Origin: Thermoanaerobaculia bacterium
GTDB taxonomy: Bacteria > Acidobacteriota > Thermoanaerobaculia > Multivoradales > Multivoraceae
DNA length: 64,000 bases
NCBI GenBank assembly: GCA_963664405.1
Contig: OY761158.1
Location: forward strand, 4,576,001 to 4,640,000
Reading direction: 5' to 3'
The position numbers and the translations under genes are program-made. Positions 13,720-25,086 of this stretch are shown here, piece after piece; position 1 is the stretch's first letter, and every line of letters begins with the position of its first letter. The notes under the pieces were generated by a model. The model was not told the origin of the DNA and did not search any database. It worked only from the letters and a program-made list of their open reading frames with translations.

Positions 13720-15426
13720 ATGAAGCTCACAGGCGCAGAGATCGTTTGGGAGTCACTCCTTCAGGAAGGCTCCGACCTCGTCTTCGGCTATCCGGGAGGG
13801 GCCATCCTCCCGACCTACGATGCTCTCAGCAAGTATCCGCAGATCCATCATGTGCTTACCCGCCACGAGCAGGGAGCCACCCATATGGCCGACGGGTTCG
13901 CGCGTGCGACAGGCAAAGTCGGCGTGGTGATCGCCACCAGCGGCCCGGGGGCGACCAATTTGGTCACCGGCATCGCGACCGCGATGATGGATTCCTCACC
14001 CATCGTGTGCATCACCGGACAGGTGCCGACGGGAGCAATCGGCACTGACGCGTTCCAGGAGACGGATGTGACGGGAATCACCCTGCCGATCACCAAGCAC
14101 AACTATCTGGTCACTGATGTTCGGGATCTGGCGGGAACCATTCGCGAAGCCTTTCATATCGCTCGCACGGGTCGTCCGGGGCCTGTCCTCGTCGACATTC
14201 CCAAGGATGTTCAGATCGCCGAGACTGTTTTCGAGTATCCGAGCGAGCCCATTCGCTTAGCCGGCTACCGGCTTCTCGACGCGCCACCCCCGGAGCAGGT
14301 CGAGGCCGCGATCGGGCTCATCCAGGCCGCTCGGCGGCCGCTGATCCTGGCCGGCCACGGCGTGCTCATGTCGGGTGCTGTTCGAGAGCTCAGAGAGTTT
14401 GCAGAGAAGACCCAGATACCCATTGCCCTGACGCTGTTGGGCAAGGGTGCAATCGCAGAGGGTCACCCGCTTTGCCTCGGAATGATGGGTATGCACGGAG
14501 AGGCCTGCGTGAACAATGCCATTCAAGATGCCGACTTGCTGTTGGCTTTCGGCATGCGCTTCGACGATCGGGTCACCGGCAACCTCGCCACCTACGCGAA
14601 GATCTCGAAGAAGATCCACGTCGACATCGACCCCTCGGAGATCAACAAGAACGTGCCGGTCGATGTAGGCATAGTGGGCGATTTGCGGGCGGTGCTGGCG
14701 CAGCTCATACCGCTGGCGGATCGAGAGGCAGAGGGCGAGTGGATGGACAAGATAAAGGGATGGCAGGGTGAGACCGAAGATCGAGACATCGCCGGCGAGG
14801 AGGGCTCGGACAAGCTTTACGCGGCGCATGTGATCCGAGACCTCTGGCGCTTCACGGACGGTGACGCCGTTACCGTCACCGATGTGGGTCAGCATCAGAT
14901 GTGGGAGGCCCAGTACTACCCCCATGAGCGACCGAACACACTGATCACGAGTGGCGGGCTGGGTACGATGGGTTTCGGGCTTCCTGCGGCGATCGGCGCC
15001 AAGATGGCCAAACCGAGTGAAGAGGTATGGGCGATAGTCGGTGATGGCGGCTTCCAGATGACCATGGCTGAGCTGGCGACGGCGGTTCAAGAGAAGGTCA
15101 ATGTGAAGGTGGCGATCATCAACAACGGCTATCTCGGGATGGTGCGTCAGTGGCAGGAGTTCTTCTACGAAGAGCGCTACAACGCCACTCCGATGATGAA
15201 CCCCGATTTCTGCAAGCTTGCTGAGGCTTATGGAATCCCGGCGATGAAGGTGACGAAGAGATCGGAAATGGAGTCGAGCGTGGCATGGGCCCGCGAGTAC
15301 CAGGACGGGCCGATTCTTGTCGAGTTCGTCGTCGAGAAGCATGACGTGGTCTACCCGATGGTGCCCACGGGTGCGACTCTCAACGAGATGATCCGTCGCC
15401 CCTCTGTCACGCCAGAGATGGTTTGA
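13720..15426 (+). CDS. ilvB: Acetolactate synthase large subunit
   Basis: GYPGGA, RHEQGA, TSGPGATN, RFDDRVTG, GDGGFQM...NNGYLGMVRQWQ. Confidence 0.97.
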   Translation: MKLTGAEIVWESLLQEGSDLVFGYPGGAILPTYDALSKYPQIHHVLTRHEQGATHMADGFARATGKVGVVIATSGPGATNLVTGIATAMMDSSPIVCITGQVPTGAIGTDAFQETDVTGITLPITKHNYLVTDVRDLAGTIREAFHIARTGRPGPVLVDIPKDVQIAETVFEYPSEPIRLAGYRLLDAPPPEQVEAAIGLIQAARRPLILAGHGVLMSGAVRELREFAEKTQIPIALTLLGKGAIAEGHPLCLGMMGMHGEACVNNAIQDADLLLAFGMRFDDRVTGNLATYAKISKKIHVDIDPSEINKNVPVDVGIVGDLRAVLAQLIPLADREAEGEWMDKIKGWQGETEDRDIAGEEGSDKLYAAHVIRDLWRFTDGDAVTVTDVGQHQMWEAQYYPHERPNTLITSGGLGTMGFGLPAAIGAKMAKPSEEVWAIVGDGGFQMTMAELATAVQEKVNVKVAIINNGYLGMVRQWQEFFYEERYNATPMMNPDFCKLAEAYGIPAMKVTKRSEMESSVAWAREYQDGPILVEFVVEKHDVVYPMVPTGATLNEMIRRPSVTPEMV

Positions 15427-15451
15427 ATCGTTCGGGATCATAGAGGTAGAT

Positions 15452-15997
15452 ATGGGTAGACACATCCTTGCCGCATTGGTCGAGAATCGACCCGGCGTGT
15501 TGAGCCGGGTGGCGAACCTCTTTCGTCGACGTAGCTTCAACATCGATAGCCTGACCGTCGGGAGGACCCAGGACGACGACCACTCGCGGATCACTCTGGT
15601 CATGGAGGGCTCGCGCAAAGAAGCGGAGCGCCTAGAGCTGAACCTCTACAAGCTGATCAATGTGCTCGAGGTGGAGCATATGAGCGAGTCGCCTTCACTG
15701 GTGCGCGATCTTGCCCTGATCAAAGTGGCAGTCGACCGCGAGTCGAGGCGAGAAGTGCACCAGCTCACCCAGATTTTCCGCGCCCGAGTCATCGACGTCT
15801 CAGCAGAATCGATGATCATCGAGCTCACCGGTGAGGAGCGAAAGATAGAGAGCTTTGCCGAGCTCCTCAGACCCTTCGGCATTGTCGAGATGGTGCGTAC
15901 CGGGGTCGTCGCCATGGGTCGCGGAGAGCACACCTTGGAGCACGACGGCTATCAGCCCAGGGCCGGCGCCCTCGGCAGTCGTCGTTCAGTGTTGTAA
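15452..15997 (+). CDS. ilvN: Acetolactate synthase small (regulatory) subunit
   Basis: VENRPGVLSRV, FNIDSLTVG, EMVRTG. Confidence 0.95.
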   Translation: MGRHILAALVENRPGVLSRVANLFRRRSFNIDSLTVGRTQDDDHSRITLVMEGSRKEAERLELNLYKLINVLEVEHMSESPSLVRDLALIKVAVDRESRREVHQLTQIFRARVIDVSAESMIIELTGEERKIESFAELLRPFGIVEMVRTGVVAMGRGEHTLEHDGYQPRAGALGSRRSVL

Positions 15998-16030
15998 CTA
16001 GAAAGAGAAGAAAAAAGGGAGAAAGCCTGG

Positions 16031-17041
16031 ATGGCTAAATTGTATTACGACGGCGATGCCGACCTTTCACTGCTCGACGGCAAGACCGTAGCGATTCTGG
16101 GTTACGGGAGTCAGGGTCATGCTCATGCACTCAATCTACGTGACAGCGGCGTCGAGGTCCTCGTAGGTCTTCAGGAGGAGTCGAAGAGTCGCGCGAAGGC
16201 GGAAGCCGAGGGTTTGCGAGTTCTGAGTCCGGCCGAGGCCGTTGCGGCCTCCAGTGTGGTCATGGTTCTGGTCCCCGATACGGCGCAGCACGACCTCTAT
16301 GAGAGCGACATCGCCCCCAATCTGGAAGCCGGAGACACTCTCATGTTCGCTCACGGCTTCAACATCCGCTTCGATGAGATCAAGCCGCCAGCCGAGGTGG
16401 ACGTGAGCATGGTCGCACCCAAGGCTCCGGGTCATCGTGTGCGCGAGGTCTTTCAGGAAGGCGCCGGTACCCCGGGGCTGGTTGCAGTCGAGCAGGACGC
16501 GAGCGGAGGTGCTTTGGCTTTGGCTCTGGCCTATGCCAAGGGCATCGGTTGTACGCGTGCCGGAGTCATCGAGACCACCTTCGCCGAGGAGACCGAGACC
16601 GATCTCTTCGGCGAGCAGGTGGTTCTGTGTGGCGGGGTCTCGGCGCTGGTGCGGGGAGCCTTCGAAACTCTCGTGGACGCCGGCTACCAGCCGGAGATCG
16701 CGTACTTCGAGTGTCTTCACGAGCTCAAGCTGATCGTCGACCTCATGTATGAGGGCGGTCTCAGCTATATGTGGTATTCGGTCTCCGATACTGCCGAGCA
16801 TGGCGGCTACGACGCCGGCGACAAAGTCGTTACAGCCGAGACCCGGGCGGCGATGAAGAAGATTCTCGAAGATATTCAACAGGGCGAGTACGCGAGGGGT
16901 TGGATCGATGAGAATCGGCGCGGCCGCCCTTGGTTCAACGAGAGGCGAGAGCAGGAGCGCTCCCATTCAGTCGAGGCGGTGGGCAAGAAGCTTCGCGCGA
17001 TGATGCCCTTCCTCGATGCCAAGGATCTGGCCAACGTTTGA
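16031..17041 (+). CDS. ilvC: Ketol-acid reductoisomerase
   Basis: [39 protein letters not shown]. Confidence 0.97.
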   Translation: MAKLYYDGDADLSLLDGKTVAILGYGSQGHAHALNLRDSGVEVLVGLQEESKSRAKAEAEGLRVLSPAEAVAASSVVMVLVPDTAQHDLYESDIAPNLEAGDTLMFAHGFNIRFDEIKPPAEVDVSMVAPKAPGHRVREVFQEGAGTPGLVAVEQDASGGALALALAYAKGIGCTRAGVIETTFAEETETDLFGEQVVLCGGVSALVRGAFETLVDAGYQPEIAYFECLHELKLIVDLMYEGGLSYMWYSVSDTAEHGGYDAGDKVVTAETRAAMKKILEDIQQGEYARGWIDENRRGRPWFNERREQERSHSVEAVGKKLRAMMPFLDAKDLANV

Positions 17042-17069
17042 TTGCGTCTCGAGGAAAGGAGGTGGTTCT

Positions 17070-17171
17070 GTGTCAGCAGGTGGCCTTAGTGACGGAGAGC
17101 TTGTGAAGCACACATTTACGGTGCCGAGAGGCCTCGTGACGGAACACACCGCCTTGGCGATCGGCCCATAG
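17070..17171 (+). CDS. Possible 33-aa small ORF between ilvC and leuA
   Basis: Perfect SD AAAGGAGGTG 5 nt before GTG; [33 protein letters not shown]. Confidence 0.35.
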   Translation: MSAGGLSDGELVKHTFTVPRGLVTEHTALAIGP

Positions 17172-17185
17172 CAGAGGTATCGAGT

Positions 17186-18784
17186 ATGACCCAGACTCCG
17201 GATCCCGACGTAGTTCGCATCTTTGACACTACTCTACGCGACGGGGAGCAATCCCCTGGCGCGACCCTGACCAGCGTGGAGAAGCTGGAGATCGCTAGAC
17301 AGCTGTCGATTCTCGGGGTCGACGTCATGGAGGCGGGATTCCCCGCCGCCAGCCCCGACGAGCTGCTCGGGACCAAGAGAATCGCCGAAGAGGTGGGCCG
17401 GCCGGATGGGCCGATCATCGCCGGCCTTGCCCGCACCAGCCGTGGCGACATCGACAAGGCCTGGGAAGCAGTGCAACCGGCAGCCAAGCCTCGTATTCAC
17501 ACCTTCATTGCCACCTCCGAGCTTCATATGGAACGCAAGCTCGAGATGACTCGCGAGCAGGTGGTAGCCCAGGTGCGAGACATGGTGACTTACGCACGAG
17601 GCCTGTGCGAGGATGTCGAGTTCAGCCCGGAGGACGGAAGCCGCTCCGATCGAGACTTCCTGGTCGAGGTGCTCGCGATCGCCATCGAGGCCGGTGCCAC
17701 GACCATCAATGTGCCCGACACGGTCGGGTACGCCACGCCGGAAGAGTATGCGGAGTTGTTTCGATTTCTGATCGCGTCGACTCCCGGCGCGGATGGAGTC
17801 ATCTGGTCAGTTCACTGTCACGACGATCTCGGCATGGCCACCGCCAACAGCATCGCCGGTCTCGCCGCCGGTGCCCGCCAAGCCGAAGTGACAATCAACG
17901 GCATCGGAGAGCGCGCCGGGAACACCAGTCTCGAGGAAGTGGTCATGGCCTTGCGGACACGCCATGGTCAGTACGGCCTGCGCACCGGCATCGAAAGCAC
18001 GCAGCTCACTCGCACCAGCCGAATGGTGAGCAATTACACCGGCATCGCAGTGCCTCCAAACAAGGCTATCGTCGGAGCCAATGCCTTCGCTCATGAAGCC
18101 GGTATCCATCAGGACGGCATGCTCAAAGACGAGCGCACCTACGAGATCATGACGCCGTCGACCGTCGGCCTCGCTGAGAGCAAGCTCGTGCTGGGCAAGC
18201 ACAGCGGTCGCCACGCCTTCCGGCTCCGCATGGCCGAGCTCGGCTTCGAGCTGTCTTCGGGCGATCTCTATCCCGCGTTCCAGCGCTTCAAGCTTCTCGC
18301 GGAGAAGAAGAAAGTGGTCACCGACGCGGATCTCCAGGCACTCGCCACCTCAGAGGTTACGTCGTTGGAGGAGCTCTTCTCGCTGGTCGATCTGCAGGTT
18401 GCGTGTGGCAAATCCGGTATGCCGACAGCAACAGTACGTTTGCGAGGGCCCGAGGGGGTCGAGGAGGTGGCGCCGGCCGTGGGCACCGGTCCGGTGGATG
18501 CTTCGTTTCAGGCCATCAACGCGATTGTTCGACAGGCCACTACTTTGGTTGAATACAGCGTCCACAGCGTTACCGAGGGTATCGATGCCCTCGGGGAGGT
18601 GAGCGTACGAATCAGGTCCGCCGACGGCGACCCCCGTACATTCGGGGGTTACAGTGCCGACACCGACGTCATCATGGCGAGCGCGCAGGCCTATCTGAGC
18701 GCGTTGAATCGGCTCCTCGTGGCGCAGGGGCAGGGAAGTACGGGCCGAGAAACAGGATCCGCGACGGTAAGCGTCGCGCGGTAG
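17186..18784 (+). CDS. leuA: 2-isopropylmalate synthase
   Basis: [47 protein letters not shown]. Confidence 0.97.
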   Translation: MTQTPDPDVVRIFDTTLRDGEQSPGATLTSVEKLEIARQLSILGVDVMEAGFPAASPDELLGTKRIAEEVGRPDGPIIAGLARTSRGDIDKAWEAVQPAAKPRIHTFIATSELHMERKLEMTREQVVAQVRDMVTYARGLCEDVEFSPEDGSRSDRDFLVEVLAIAIEAGATTINVPDTVGYATPEEYAELFRFLIASTPGADGVIWSVHCHDDLGMATANSIAGLAAGARQAEVTINGIGERAGNTSLEEVVMALRTRHGQYGLRTGIESTQLTRTSRMVSNYTGIAVPPNKAIVGANAFAHEAGIHQDGMLKDERTYEIMTPSTVGLAESKLVLGKHSGRHAFRLRMAELGFELSSGDLYPAFQRFKLLAEKKKVVTDADLQALATSEVTSLEELFSLVDLQVACGKSGMPTATVRLRGPEGVEEVAPAVGTGPVDASFQAINAIVRQATTLVEYSVHSVTEGIDALGEVSVRIRSADGDPRTFGGYSADTDVIMASAQAYLSALNRLLVAQGQGSTGRETGSATVSVAR

Positions 18785-18801
18785 GGAGGTTAGAGGCACG
18801 A

Positions 18802-20196
18802 ATGCAGAAGACGCTTCTTGAGAAGGTTTGGGATGGTCACGTCATTCCGGGAACGGGTGAAGACGGCTTACCGGCCGTTCTCTACATCGACCTCCATCTG
18901 ATTCATGAGGTCACCTCACCGCAGGCGTTCGCCGAGCTCGCCGAACGTGGGCTGGAAGTGCGCCGTCCGGATCAGACTCTCGCCACCATGGACCACTCGA
19001 CGCCGACCGATCCTACGATCGATGCAGCGAGATTGAAGGTGCTGGATCCGCAGGGGTTCGCGCAGTTGGAGCGCTTGGCGGAGAACTGCCGCAGGCACGG
19101 CATTCCCGTCTTCGACATGGCTAGCGAGCAGCGCGGCATCGTCCACGTGATCGGTCCGGAGCTGGGGGTCACTCAACCGGGCATGACAATTGTGTGTGGA
19201 GACAGTCACACCAGCACCCATGGCGCTTTCGGAGCACTTGCCTTCGGAATAGGCACCAGTGAGGTGGGGCACGTTCTGGCCACCCAGTGTCTGTTGCAGA
19301 ACCGGCCAAAGACCTTCGAGATTCGTCCAGACGGAGAGCTCCAGCCGGGGGTGACCGCCAAGGACTTGATCCTACATGTCATTTCGACCCTTGGCATTCA
19401 CGGCGGCACCGGACATGTCTTCGAATACCGCGGCGAGGCGATCAGCGCGCTGGGTATGGAAGAGAGGATGACCGTGTGCAATATGTCGATCGAAGGGGGC
19501 GCTCGCGCCGGCATGATCGCACCTGACGAGACTACGATCGAGTATCTTCGCGGTCGAGCTCACGCGCCTCGAGGCGACGCGTGGGAGAGGGCTGAGGAGG
19601 ATTGGCTCGATCTCGCCACCGACGCTGGAGCGGTGTTCGACAGGAGCCTCGCCGTAGACGCAGCCTCATTGGAGCCGATGGTCACATTCGGCACCAACCC
19701 GGGAATGGCGATTCCGGTGAGTGGCGAGATCCCTAGCGATGAAGAGACCTTTGGTAAAGCCCTCGCCTACATGGATCTCGAGGCGGGAGCTCCGATTCTA
19801 GGTCACAAGATCGAAGTGGTCTTTCTCGGCAGCTGCACGAACTCGCGGCTCTCGGACCTGCGTGCGGCGGCTTCCGTGCTCGAGGGGCGACAGGTTGCCA
19901 GGGGTGTCACGATGTTGGTGGTGCCGGGCTCTCAAGACGTCAAGCGTAAAGCGGAGGAGGAGCGCCTCGACGAAGTGTTTCGCGCGGCCGGGGCCCAGTG
20001 GCGGGAGGCGGGTTGCTCGATGTGTCTGGCGATGAACGGGGATCAGCTCGAGCCCGGCCAATACGCCGTCAGCACAAGCAATCGCAATTTCGAGGGACGC
20101 CAGGGGCCGGGTGGTCGCACCTTTCTCGCCAGCCCTCTCACCGCGGCCGCCTCGGCCATTCGCGGGGAAATCGCCGACGTGCGGGAGCTGCTTTGA
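18802..20196 (+). CDS. leuC: 3-isopropylmalate dehydratase large subunit
   Basis: [40 protein letters not shown]. Confidence 0.97.
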   Translation: MQKTLLEKVWDGHVIPGTGEDGLPAVLYIDLHLIHEVTSPQAFAELAERGLEVRRPDQTLATMDHSTPTDPTIDAARLKVLDPQGFAQLERLAENCRRHGIPVFDMASEQRGIVHVIGPELGVTQPGMTIVCGDSHTSTHGAFGALAFGIGTSEVGHVLATQCLLQNRPKTFEIRPDGELQPGVTAKDLILHVISTLGIHGGTGHVFEYRGEAISALGMEERMTVCNMSIEGGARAGMIAPDETTIEYLRGRAHAPRGDAWERAEEDWLDLATDAGAVFDRSLAVDAASLEPMVTFGTNPGMAIPVSGEIPSDEETFGKALAYMDLEAGAPILGHKIEVVFLGSCTNSRLSDLRAAASVLEGRQVARGVTMLVVPGSQDVKRKAEEERLDEVFRAAGAQWREAGCSMCLAMNGDQLEPGQYAVSTSNRNFEGRQGPGGRTFLASPLTAAASAIRGEIADVRELL

Positions 20197-20807
20197 TGGC
20201 ACGCTTCGATACCCTGACAAGTCGCCTCGCCCCGCTGCCGCTAGACAATGTCGATACCGACCAGATCATTCCGGCCCGGTATCTCAAAGTGATCGACAAG
20301 GAGGGCCTCGGCGAGGGCCTCTTCTCGGCGTGGCGAACACTTCCGGATGGAAGTCGCGACCCCGCTTTCGTGCTCAACCAGAAGAAGTACGAAGGTGCGA
20401 AGATCCTCCTCGCGGGAGACAACTTCGGCTGTGGCAGCTCGAGAGAGCACGCCCCCTGGGCCCTACTGGGAGGAGGCTTCCGAGCCGTCATAAGCCCTCG
20501 CTTTGCGGATATCTTTCGCAATAACTCACTCAAGAACGGGCTCTTGATCGTTGAGGTCAGTCAGTCTGTCTACCGCCGCCTGCTAGCGCAGGTGGAAGCG
20601 GACCCTGTGGTAGAGGTCACCCTCGACCTGTCGCAAGAGCTCCTCTTCTTACCCGACGGCGAAGAGGTGTCTTTTCCTATCGACAGCTTCTCGCGACGTT
20701 GTTTGCTCGACGGCGTCGACCAACTCGGCTATCTCTTCGACCAGCTCGGCGCCATCGAGAGCTTCGAGCAGAGTCACGAGCCCCGAGTTAGGACCACTGA
20801 CTCCTAG
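20196..20807 (+). CDS. leuD: 3-isopropylmalate dehydratase small subunit
   Basis: NVDTDQIIPA, NFGCGSSREHA, FADIFRNN; ATG overlaps the leuC stop (TGATG). Confidence 0.96.
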   Translation: MARFDTLTSRLAPLPLDNVDTDQIIPARYLKVIDKEGLGEGLFSAWRTLPDGSRDPAFVLNQKKYEGAKILLAGDNFGCGSSREHAPWALLGGGFRAVISPRFADIFRNNSLKNGLLIVEVSQSVYRRLLAQVEADPVVEVTLDLSQELLFLPDGEEVSFPIDSFSRRCLLDGVDQLGYLFDQLGAIESFEQSHEPRVRTTDS

Positions 20808-20816
20808 GGGAGCGCG

Positions 20817-21944
20817 ATGGGCGAAACGAATCAGCGAGCCAGGATTGTCCGTTTGCCGGGAGACGGCGTGGGCCCCGAGGTTCTCGGCGAAGGATGCCGG
20901 GTCCTGTCACTGGTGGCGGAGAGACGCGGCCTAATGCTGGATTTCGACGAGGCTCCGATCGGTGGCTGTGCTATCGACGCTTCGGGTAGTGCATTGCCGG
21001 ACGAGAGCGTCGCCATTTGTGAGAAGGCTGATGCGCTCTTCTTAGGAGCTGTCGGAGGGCCGAAGTGGTCGGATCCGACAGCGCCGGTTCGTCCTGAGCA
21101 GGGCCTTCTGGAGCTGCGTCGGCATTTCGGTCTTTTCGCCAACCTGCGACCCGTGCCGGTTTATGAGGGATTGCTCGACCTGACGCCGATCAAGGCCGAG
21201 CTCGCTCGAGGTGTCGACATCTTATTTGTTCGCGAGTTGACCGGCGGCATCTATTTCGGTCCACGGCTCGAACAGGGTGAAGGCACGACGGCGTCGGACA
21301 CCCTGGTTTATAGCTCGGACGAGGTGGAGCGGGTCGCTCGGGTCGCGTTTGAGGCCGCGAAGGATCGCCGCGGCAAAGTGACCTCGGTGGACAAGGCCAA
21401 TGTCCTGGCCTCGATGCGACTGTGGCGGCGGACCGTCGAGGTCGTCGCCAGAGACTATCCGGAGGTGGAGCTGGAGCACGTTCTGGTGGATGCCTGCGCC
21501 ATGCATCTGATCAGGACGCCGGCGACCTTCGACGTGATTCTGGCGGGGAACCTGTTTGGCGACATTCTCAGCGACGAAGCCTCGGTCCTTTCCGGCTCGC
21601 TTGGGATGTTGCCGTCAGCTTCTCTCGGCGACGGCCCAATGGGTCTCTACGAGCCGGTTCACGGGTCCGCTCCCGACATCGCAGGGCAAGGCATTGCCAA
21701 CCCTGTCGGCGCGATCCTGTCGGCGGCGATGTTGCTGCGCTTCAGTCTCGGTCGCGAGCAAGAGGCCTTGGCAGTCGAGGCCGCCGTAGCACGCACTTTG
21801 GACGACGGCATACGCACCTCGGATCTTGGATTGTCGGGCGCTAGCGGAGCCTCGACCCGAGAGATGGGTGACGCGATCTTGCAGCGCCTCGACGCCATCC
21901 TCACCGACCACTCATCGAGAGGTTGTCCCGGCGTCAGAGGATGA
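20817..21944 (+). CDS. leuB: 3-isopropylmalate dehydrogenase
   Basis: [49 protein letters not shown]. Confidence 0.97.
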   Translation: MGETNQRARIVRLPGDGVGPEVLGEGCRVLSLVAERRGLMLDFDEAPIGGCAIDASGSALPDESVAICEKADALFLGAVGGPKWSDPTAPVRPEQGLLELRRHFGLFANLRPVPVYEGLLDLTPIKAELARGVDILFVRELTGGIYFGPRLEQGEGTTASDTLVYSSDEVERVARVAFEAAKDRRGKVTSVDKANVLASMRLWRRTVEVVARDYPEVELEHVLVDACAMHLIRTPATFDVILAGNLFGDILSDEASVLSGSLGMLPSASLGDGPMGLYEPVHGSAPDIAGQGIANPVGAILSAAMLLRFSLGREQEALAVEAAVARTLDDGIRTSDLGLSGASGASTREMGDAILQRLDAILTDHSSRGCPGVRG

Positions 21945-23985
21945 CCGCTTCGGCTCCCAGATCTGCTATGAGATCGTCGAAGCGTTGCAGGATGGCGTCC
22001 CAGCGATCGAAGAGGCTCTTGAGCTCAGCGGGTCTCAGATAGGGCTCGAGTCGCTCCTCGACAGCGCCGCGATCCGCTGTCCGCAGCTTCTCCCAGAGCT
22101 CGCGCTCGCAGCGACTGAGCTTGGCGATCGCTTCCTCGCTGTGCTCGCTGAAGAAGGATCGACCGTGGTCGATGAGCCAGACCTTCCACTCGGAGTCGAT
22201 GAGATAGTTGCCTGGGTTGCGATCGTGATTGTTGATCAGGGCGTCGAAGACATCAACTTCTCCCATCTGGCGCGACCAGTCCCTGATATCGGGTGGCCGA
22301 AGCCCTTCTGAGCGCCTCCGCCCTTCGGTCATTGCATTCTCCAGCCAAGCCTGGATCGACCCCTTGGCGCCTTTGTAGGATCTTGGCGCGGTTGGCGGAA
22401 CGCGGTCGAGGCTGAGGATACGATCGAGCTCGTAGGCCGCGGTATCGAAGGCGTAGCTATCGCGGAAGTGCCGGTAGAACTTGCCGTCCCCGATCTTCTT
22501 GTTGCGGTGCTCCAGGTCTACATCACGGAAGATGGCGCGGGCTCGGATGCCGTCGCGCTCCAGCTCTACACGAATCGGCTGATTGATCCCTTCCTTGCTC
22601 CGCTTTCCGGACTTGACAGCGGCGGTACTGAGAAACTCCAGCAGCTGCTCGGCACTGCCAAAGGGTAGGGGCGCGCCATCGGCACCGGCCCATGACCAGG
22701 GCTGCGTCGTGGTCGCGACAGCAGCAGCGGGTGCCCCGCTCGCCGACAGGCTCAGGCGTTGACGGGGCGGCTCTTCGCTCTCCTTCCACAGCGGCACTCT
22801 GTTGTTCTTGTAGATCGCGGTGAAGGCACCATCCTGGATCTCGAGAGCGGAGGCCTGCCCACGATAGGTCGAGGTCAGCATGCCGGTGTCGATCAGGAAG
22901 ATTCGGCCGTCGAAACGCACACCGATTTCGCGATCGGTCTGCACATTGTGGCCCACGACGATGTGCTTCGTTCCTTGGGCCGCCAGGACCGCGTCAGTTA
23001 GCGCCGGTCCCTCCTCGTCACTCCAACCCGCCTCTCCTCCGGGCTCGGGAACGGAGTCTCGGTAGCCGCGGAACCAGAGCGGTCCCTCCGGAGCAAACAG
23101 ATACCACTCTTCGTAGTTGCTGCATTGGCTGAGCGTTTCGAGCTGTGAGACTTCGATCTCGCTGAGCCCCTTGTTCTGCTGTTTGACCTGGAGGCCGTTC
23201 AGCGTCGCGAAGCCCGACTGGATGAGGTCGGCAGTTGTCGATGTCAGGGTGAGATAACCCTCTCCGCGTAGCAGTGCGCGGCAGGCGTCTAGGTTCGCCA
23301 CTTCTTCGTGCACCTGCCGGTTGATGTCTTCGATCGGGCGAGCGCCGACCTCAGGGGTGAGACCGGCGTGGAGAAAGAGGGCGTTATCGACGCGAACGAT
23401 TGCGGGCAGGCCTCTGAGCCAGCTCCCGTACTTCCCTTCGGGCAGGAGTTGCTGGAGGTAGGCGATGGTTCCTTCAGGGTTCGCCTTCGACCACAGCTCG
23501 CGCTCGCTGGTGCCGAAGGCCGGACGCGGCAACGACAGCAATTTGGCTCGGTTGCGTGCGGCGCGGACCATGCTCTTGTACTCTTCGTCGCGCTTCGCCG
23601 TCGTGCTCTCGTCTGCGAAGTGACCGAGCGCTTCGGCGCTGACGTCTCTGAGCTCACCGACCAGATTCAGGGCTTCGTGGTTCCCCATCAGAACCTCGAC
23701 CCGACCTCCGGCGGCCGCCGCCTCTCGCTGGAGTCGCATCAGCAGGTCCATGACCTCGCGCACGCCCGGCCCCCGATCGGTGAAGTCGCCGGTTTGGACG
23801 AGGGTGCTATCGCCCCCCGACCACGTGAGCTTCTCGTCGATGAGGCCGCTGGCGATGAGAATCTCCACCAGCTCGTCGTAGGCGCCATGAATATCGCCAA
23901 TGGCGACGGTGCGGGCCCCAAGAACCGCGGCCGGCAACGAAAAGAGGAGGAGTACAAGTGCGGCGACGCGAGCGCCTGAGATCAT
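21934..23985 (-). CDS. Exported fusion of a calcineurin-like metallophosphoesterase and a PI3/4-kinase-like (atypical kinase) domain
   Basis: Signal peptide; phosphatase motifs GDIHG, GDFTDRG, GNHE, HAG, GH, IDTGM; C-terminal AAYELDRIL...[34 protein letters not shown]. Confidence 0.85.
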   Translation of the reverse strand: MISGARVAALVLLLFSLPAAVLGARTVAIGDIHGAYDELVEILIASGLIDEKLTWSGGDSTLVQTGDFTDRGPGVREVMDLLMRLQREAAAAGGRVEVLMGNHEALNLVGELRDVSAEALGHFADESTTAKRDEEYKSMVRAARNRAKLLSLPRPAFGTSERELWSKANPEGTIAYLQQLLPEGKYGSWLRGLPAIVRVDNALFLHAGLTPEVGARPIEDINRQVHEEVANLDACRALLRGEGYLTLTSTTADLIQSGFATLNGLQVKQQNKGLSEIEVSQLETLSQCSNYEEWYLFAPEGPLWFRGYRDSVPEPGGEAGWSDEEGPALTDAVLAAQGTKHIVVGHNVQTDREIGVRFDGRIFLIDTGMLTSTYRGQASALEIQDGAFTAIYKNNRVPLWKESEEPPRQRLSLSASGAPAAAVATTTQPWSWAGADGAPLPFGSAEQLLEFLSTAAVKSGKRSKEGINQPIRVELERDGIRARAIFRDVDLEHRNKKIGDGKFYRHFRDSYAFDTAAYELDRILSLDRVPPTAPRSYKGAKGSIQAWLENAMTEGRRRSEGLRPPDIRDWSRQMGEVDVFDALINNHDRNPGNYLIDSEWKVWLIDHGRSFFSEHSEEAIAKLSRCERELWEKLRTADRGAVEERLEPYLRPAELKSLFDRWDAILQRFDDLIADLGAEAVIL

Positions 23986-25025
23986 GGCGCCACCTGCTGG
24001 AGCATCGTTCCTTCGCGAGCGATCTGTGCCGCGGCCTCGACCCAGTGGTCATCGCTGTTCAGAGAAGGAACCAGGCGGAGCTCTTGGCCCCCATGATCGA
24101 TGAAGTCCTGCCTGGCGCGGATGGCGATCTCTTCGAGGGTCTCGAGACAGTCGGCAACGAAGGCCGGAGAGAGAACGGCCAGCCGCTTCACGCCTTTCCT
24201 GGCGAGAGCCGGAACCCTGAGATCTGTGTAGGGCTTGATCCAAGGGTCGCGGCCGAGCCGAGATTGGAATGTCACCTCGTATTGACTCTCGTCGAGGCCG
24301 ACGAGCCTGGCGATGCCGCGGGCGGTCGCAAAGCACTGGGCCCGGTAGCAATTCCGGTTGGCGGCGACGATCGTGTCGCAACACCCATCGCCGAGACAGT
24401 GAGCGCCGTCGGACTCGTCGCTCTTGGTGACATGCCGCTCCGGCAGACCGTGGAAGCTCATGAGCGTAAAGTCTGGGGCGAAATGCTCGTGCACCCGCTT
24501 GGTCTGCTCCGCGAAGGATGCAAGGAATGCGGGATGATCGTAGAAGGGCGGCACGACTTGAATCGACGGTATGTTCCAGAATACCGACGCTTCTTCCATC
24601 ACCTTTTCAACGGCCGATCCCCAAGCCGCCGAGGAGTACTGGGGGAAGAGGGGGAAGACCACAAGCTTGTCGAGCGCCAGCTCGCGTAGGCGAATGAGAG
24701 CTTGGCGGATCGATGGGTTCTTGTAACGCATGGCGAGCTCGATTGCGACCTCGGGGCCGAGCTTCTTCTGGAGCTTTTTGGCCAGATCCTGCCCATGGAA
24801 AAGGAGAGGTGATCCGCGGTCGGTCCAGATCTGGCCGTATGCTTCGGCGGACTTGCGAGGCCGAAACGGAAGAATGAACAGATTGAGCACCAGCGCTCGC
24901 TGGATCGGGTGCACATCGAGCACGCGAGGGTCGGAGAGGAACTCTCGGAGGTAGCTGCGCACCTCGGCGGTACTGGGGCTGTCGGGAGTCCCGAGGTTGA
25001 CAAGGAGTAGGCCGTAGCGTGGCAC
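23982..25025 (-). CDS. hemH: Ferrochelatase
   Basis: LLVNLGTP, YLREFLSD, SFHGLP, FQSRLG, FVADCLETLEEI. Confidence 0.95.
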   Translation of the reverse strand: MPRYGLLLVNLGTPDSPSTAEVRSYLREFLSDPRVLDVHPIQRALVLNLFILPFRPRKSAEAYGQIWTDRGSPLLFHGQDLAKKLQKKLGPEVAIELAMRYKNPSIRQALIRLRELALDKLVVFPLFPQYSSAAWGSAVEKVMEEASVFWNIPSIQVVPPFYDHPAFLASFAEQTKRVHEHFAPDFTLMSFHGLPERHVTKSDESDGAHCLGDGCCDTIVAANRNCYRAQCFATARGIARLVGLDESQYEVTFQSRLGRDPWIKPYTDLRVPALARKGVKRLAVLSPAFVADCLETLEEIAIRARQDFIDHGGQELRLVPSLNSDDHWVEAAAQIAREGTMLQQVAP

Positions 25026-25086
25026 GGGGCGATCAAGTCTAGCAGTCAGTTGCCGGCCGCGCTTCGAGAAAAACTTGCTTCAAGCG

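Noticed and set aside
14257-15618. 453-aa minus-strand ORF and similar long antisense ORFs (e.g. 7290..8432, 8475..9323, 50657..51766)
   Set aside because: Shadows or alternate frames of well-supported genes in high-GC DNA; no motifs
19998-20195. N-terminal extension of LeuD
   Set aside because: Overlaps leuC; the real start is the coupled ATG at 20196
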